Source: Williopsis jadinii (lineage: Eukaryota). From it: DNA of 64,000 bases. The stretch spans positions 1,426,001 through 1,490,000 of the forward strand of contig AP024666.1 of NCBI GenBank assembly GCA_024346625.1, given 5' to 3'. Positions 60,267 to 64,000 of the stretch are shown here, in pieces (position 1 is the first letter of the stretch; the number at the start of each line of letters is the position of its first letter). The notes beneath the pieces are model-generated. The model was not told the DNA's origin, made no database searches, and saw only the letters and a program-made list of their open reading frames with translations. The translations under genes were made by a program, and so were the position numbers.

Positions 60267-61433
60267 ATGTCGATGAACGCAACGGACAAATTGGTGATAG
60301 TGATGGTTGGGCTCCCCGCCAGAGGGAAGTCGTACATCACAAAGAAGATTTCAAACTACTTGAACTGGTTGAACATTGAGAACAAAGTGTTCAACGTTGG
60401 GAATAAGAGACGAGTTGTGTGTGATGACAAGCACGATGCGTCGTTCTTCGACCCACATTGCGAGGCAAACGTGAAGATTAGGGACTTGTTGGCGATGAAA
60501 ACACTCGATGAGGTTTTGGAGTGGATTAGCGGCGAGGGCCAAGTTGCCATATTTGATGCGACGAATTCCACGGTGGTGAGAAGACAGATGGTTGTCAACC
60601 ACATCAACGAAAGAGCTTCGAGTCTCGGTATTGAAAACTATAACGTTTTGTTCTTGGAGAGCATTTGCAACGATGCGGAGCTCATTGAACAGAACATCCT
60701 GTTGAAATTGAACGGTCCAGATTACAGAGACAACAAAGACAAAATGGCGTCGTTAAGAGACTTTAAACAACGGTTGTTGAACTACGAATCAGTCTATGAG
60801 ACCGTTTCACAGGATGAGATCGTGCATTCAAACGTTTCATACTTGAAGATCATCAACGTTCTCACCATCACAACTTTCAATATTCAAGGGTTCTTGCCGG
60901 TCATCTTGAACAATTTCTTGAATAACTTCAATCTCACGCAGAAGAAGATTTGGTTATCCTTAAGCCATTTTGAATATCACGAGATTGCCGAATTGGTTGA
61001 CTCGAAGAACTTGACAATTTTCAGTTCTTCTCCTCATGCACAGCGAAAAATTCCATTGAATTGTACACTCGATCAGGTTCACGATTTGATCTTGGATATT
61101 GAGGCATCGGAAGGTGATCTCTTGGTTCAAACCGCAGATGAATTGTTGATCAATGGTATCCTAAAGTATTTCTTGATCTTGGATGACTGTCATCCAGATT
61201 TGACCTCCCATTTGGTTTGTATCCACCCTCACCATTACTCTGTTGGATTACAGAAATTTAACGTGCTGGAGATACCTGAAATGACGCGTTCTAACTCTGC
61301 AATGTCTTCAACCACTTCTTGTATATATACACCAAAGGATGTTGATGAGTTGGACCTGACGGCATTCAACTACAAGAATTTGAGCCTGTCCGATTTGCAG
61401 GCCAAGCTGGCCCAGTTACCACATCATGAATGA
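60267..61433 (+). CDS. PFK27: 6-phosphofructo-2-kinase, Pfk27-like (kinase domain plus degenerate C-terminal domain)
   Basis: MVGLPARGKS P-loop, FNVGNKRR, DATNST, FLESICND, GPDY; no RHG phosphatase motif. ATG at 60267. Confidence 0.75.
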   Translation: MSMNATDKLVIVMVGLPARGKSYITKKISNYLNWLNIENKVFNVGNKRRVVCDDKHDASFFDPHCEANVKIRDLLAMKTLDEVLEWISGEGQVAIFDATNSTVVRRQMVVNHINERASSLGIENYNVLFLESICNDAELIEQNILLKLNGPDYRDNKDKMASLRDFKQRLLNYESVYETVSQDEIVHSNVSYLKIINVLTITTFNIQGFLPVILNNFLNNFNLTQKKIWLSLSHFEYHEIAELVDSKNLTIFSSSPHAQRKIPLNCTLDQVHDLILDIEASEGDLLVQTADELLINGILKYFLILDDCHPDLTSHLVCIHPHHYSVGLQKFNVLEIPEMTRSNSAMSSTTSCIYTPKDVDELDLTAFNYKNLSLSDLQAKLAQLPHHE

Positions 61434-61592
61434 TTTTGTTGCTGTTGTTTTATTACTACTATGCCCCCCCCCCATGTTATGACTTTGAAATGACCACGAA
61501 CACAGGAAGAAGAAAAGAGGAGAAAAAGTATCTCTAGTTTTTTAAAATAATGTTATGAAGTTGATGATCTATAACCATGTGTAGTTACATGT

Positions 61593-62249
61593 TCAACGGA
61601 ATGGTGGCCTTTCGTCCTTCTTGTATGCACTTCTCTGCCGACCTTCACTGGCCTTTGTAGATTTATATATTCCACCAGACGTCCCCATTGTGGTCCTTCT
61701 GTTGTTAACAGGTATCTTACTACCCTTTGGCTTTGTTGTTGTCGACGCTGTCGTTTTTGTAGAAGTCGTAGCAGTTGCCGTCGAAGGCTTATTCGTCGAT
61801 ACTGGCCTGGACTTTTCTTTAACATACGGAGGATGTGCAATGAAGCTTCCCTCATCGTCATTAGTCATATAAGTATCATCCATACCACGCTCCTGTTCTT
61901 CAAAATACTGCTCCAATTTGGATATCCTTTCACGTATTTCGTCACTCTTGAAATTCTTCAAATTAGGTATCTCGTTGAATTCAACAGTATACGCGTTGAT
62001 TTGTAAGCCATACAGGAAACTCGAAAAGCTCTCATTGAAGTCCGTGAGCGATTCATGGACTCTTTGAATCTGTTGAACGTTTGAGTCCAAATCAGCAACG
62101 TTGTCACTCAACTCTGAAAACATCGAACTAAACCCATCTAATGGGGTACGTGTGGGATCTATTTCGTAGTGTATACCAGGAGAAGGTAAGATATTGGATG
62201 ACCGTGATAGTCTGTGCGGTGTTGATCCCCTCGATACTCTCTTAGACAT
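61593..62249 (-). CDS. DAM1: DASH complex subunit Dam1
   Basis: ELSDNVADLDSN..VHESL..FNESFSSFLYGL..NAYTVEF; C-terminal RPPFR; adjacent to SHY1. Confidence 0.92.
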   Translation of the reverse strand: MSKRVSRGSTPHRLSRSSNILPSPGIHYEIDPTRTPLDGFSSMFSELSDNVADLDSNVQQIQRVHESLTDFNESFSSFLYGLQINAYTVEFNEIPNLKNFKSDEIRERISKLEQYFEEQERGMDDTYMTNDDEGSFIAHPPYVKEKSRPVSTNKPSTATATTSTKTTASTTTKPKGSKIPVNNRRTTMGTSGGIYKSTKASEGRQRSAYKKDERPPFR

Positions 62250-62479
62250 AGTTGCTCTCTTCCTTTCTTTAGCCTTGTTTACTTTTCAATATGGCAGCTG
62301 TTGATGTTGTTTGTTTTGTTTACACCTTCACCTATCCGCGCAACCATACAACTACGAATACTGTGTGGCACAAACCAGAGAGTTGCATATTGAACTGCGA
62401 TGAGTGTACTGGTAAGAATTATATATATACAGAGTGAACTCCACCGTTGCTGGGAACGAGGTGTTGTTGTTGCTTCTAT

Positions 62480-63586
62480 TCACATGAACTTGTGTGCATG
62501 TCTCAGTTTATCCTTCATTGGGTCCTTCGGTTTCTTCTTCAGGACAATGAACAATAGAATGGATGAGGCGAAGCACAACCCATACCAGGTGACAATGTAC
62601 TGTAAGTGGTTATTTCTGAAATCGATGGTGGCCGTTCTTCCAATTGGAACACCAGCGTTCATGAACTGATATTGGGAGAATTCTTGAACCTCTTCAGGTT
62701 TGATGTCCTTCAGGTGTGTTTCCTTGTGTGTCTTTGCACTGGCCCAAACTTTCCACCACGGTTTGGGCTCAGTAACGGTGACAGTTTCAATTGGATGGTC
62801 TTTGAGATCCACAAGGGCCGCAAGATGCAGTGGGATACACCCTGTGAATTCTGCCATCTCGTTATAGTCCAAGACGTGCCATAGTCTAGATTCAGGGTCT
62901 GTTTTTTGCATGGTGATTCTAGGCTTTGGATTGATCATCTTGATGATACATTCGACCTCCACTTCATGCATAGGAACGGACAAATGGTGTAGCGATCTTG
63001 TTCCTGGAATCACATGATTATCAGTGACGAATCCTCTTTCGATCAACACATCAGGGCCTCCATCTGATCTGACAAGCGGTGTGTACAACGTATAGCCCTT
63101 CTGTTCATTCTTAATCTTTGGACCTACAAACACCTCTCTTGAATGGTCAAATTTACCCTTGACTATAACACGTCTGTATTGCCAATCCTCAGCATCTTCT
63201 GGATCAAAGTTCTTTGGTAATGGGATAGGGTCGTAAGTCAATCTGTCCTCAGAGGATGCAATGAGGTTGTTCTTCCATTTCAATCTACGCAATTGCCACG
63301 TCCCTAACATGAACGAGATTACCGGCATCAAAATCAACAATGATAGGAAGATGTACTTGGATAATGTCCATTCTTCTTTGTCTGTGGTCTTGATAGGTTT
63401 CCAGTCAACGTTGGAAGTGATAACGGTACGACGGCTCTGGAAGCTTGGCTGTGATTTGAGTCTCAGGTTTACAGACTGGTACTGATGCAGTCCAAGTTGA
63501 AGCTGTGATGAGCGCACCGCCAGAGGTCTGAGCTGAGACGTCAGCGTACTTCTTGGAATGATCTTCGTCAAAGAATAGCGAAACAT
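62480..63586 (-). CDS. SHY1: Cytochrome c oxidase assembly factor Shy1/SURF1 (ATG 63586)
   Basis: LGTWQLRRLKWK, YRRV..KGKFDH, LIERGF, NNHLQYIVTWYGL; presequence. Confidence 0.95.
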   Translation of the reverse strand: MFRYSLTKIIPRSTLTSQLRPLAVRSSQLQLGLHQYQSVNLRLKSQPSFQSRRTVITSNVDWKPIKTTDKEEWTLSKYIFLSLLILMPVISFMLGTWQLRRLKWKNNLIASSEDRLTYDPIPLPKNFDPEDAEDWQYRRVIVKGKFDHSREVFVGPKIKNEQKGYTLYTPLVRSDGGPDVLIERGFVTDNHVIPGTRSLHHLSVPMHEVEVECIIKMINPKPRITMQKTDPESRLWHVLDYNEMAEFTGCIPLHLAALVDLKDHPIETVTVTEPKPWWKVWASAKTHKETHLKDIKPEEVQEFSQYQFMNAGVPIGRTATIDFRNNHLQYIVTWYGLCFASSILLFIVLKKKPKDPMKDKLRHAHKFM

Positions 63587-64000
63587 CTCCCTACTGGCCG
63601 TGAACAACCGCTTTCTTTCCTTCAAAAATGAAAGACGATGATATGCTTTCTATGAGAGCTGGTCCAAGGGCTTTGGAATTTTGAAAATTTCCCACGCGGG
63701 TTTGTAGAGCTTTTTTGGTTGGACATTGGAGGCTACAGTGAAAGCGTCCAAATTTGATAAATCGTCCAAATTGGGTAATTACCCTATTTGGTTAATAACT
63801 GAGTGTGCGGGTGAGAGGATTCGGGTCTACAGATGCCAGTGATATCTCGCTTGATTTGTACTAATTTAATAAGGTGACGAGTTTTGAGAATCCATAGCAT
63901 TTCAATGATTTGATATCACCATCAGAGCATCTTAATTGAAGAGTGGCCATCGTATTTGTTAACTGATTTATATTTAACAGGTTATTTTTTAGTAAATACT

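Overview
Eukaryotic (budding yeast, Saccharomycotina) chromosomal DNA. It uses the standard genetic code (CTG at conserved Leu positions). Introns are short (54-86 nt) with TACTAAC-like branch points. AHC2/CSM1-type genes and intron density suggest a non-CUG-clade, non-Saccharomyces yeast, possibly Cyberlindnera/Wickerhamomyces-like (inference). About 30 protein genes fall into blocks recognisable from S. cerevisiae synteny: RPC11(3' exon)-TRX3-AHC2; a gene-poor 14-kb island with a PRY/CAP gene and a GPI adhesin-like gene; ABP1-LUG1-CSM1-TUP1-MVD1; RDH54-VMS1-hydrophilin-ACS2; a CREG-like repeat protein; RBD2-NSL1-VMA11-RVB2-ENV7-SRA1-like-SUI3-YAR1; WW protein; a 61-aa Cys-rich microprotein; MRPS5; an amino-acid permease; CHO1; ASK10/RGC1-like; PFK27-like; DAM1-SHY1. 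Several gene models need introns that the ORF track misses. No tRNA, rRNA, intact transposon or CRISPR array was seen. The most notable observations are: (1) a putative mitochondria-targeted metallothionein-like microprotein; (2) stop-free 57-nt in-frame introns with AAG acceptors confined to the kinetochore genes CSM1 and NSL1; (3) a secreted CREG-like protein with His/Arg tandem repeats; (4) a FIG2/AGA1-positioned adhesin; (5) a recurrent TGGGACAT non-coding motif. All gene names come from my recall of motifs and synteny, not from database searches.
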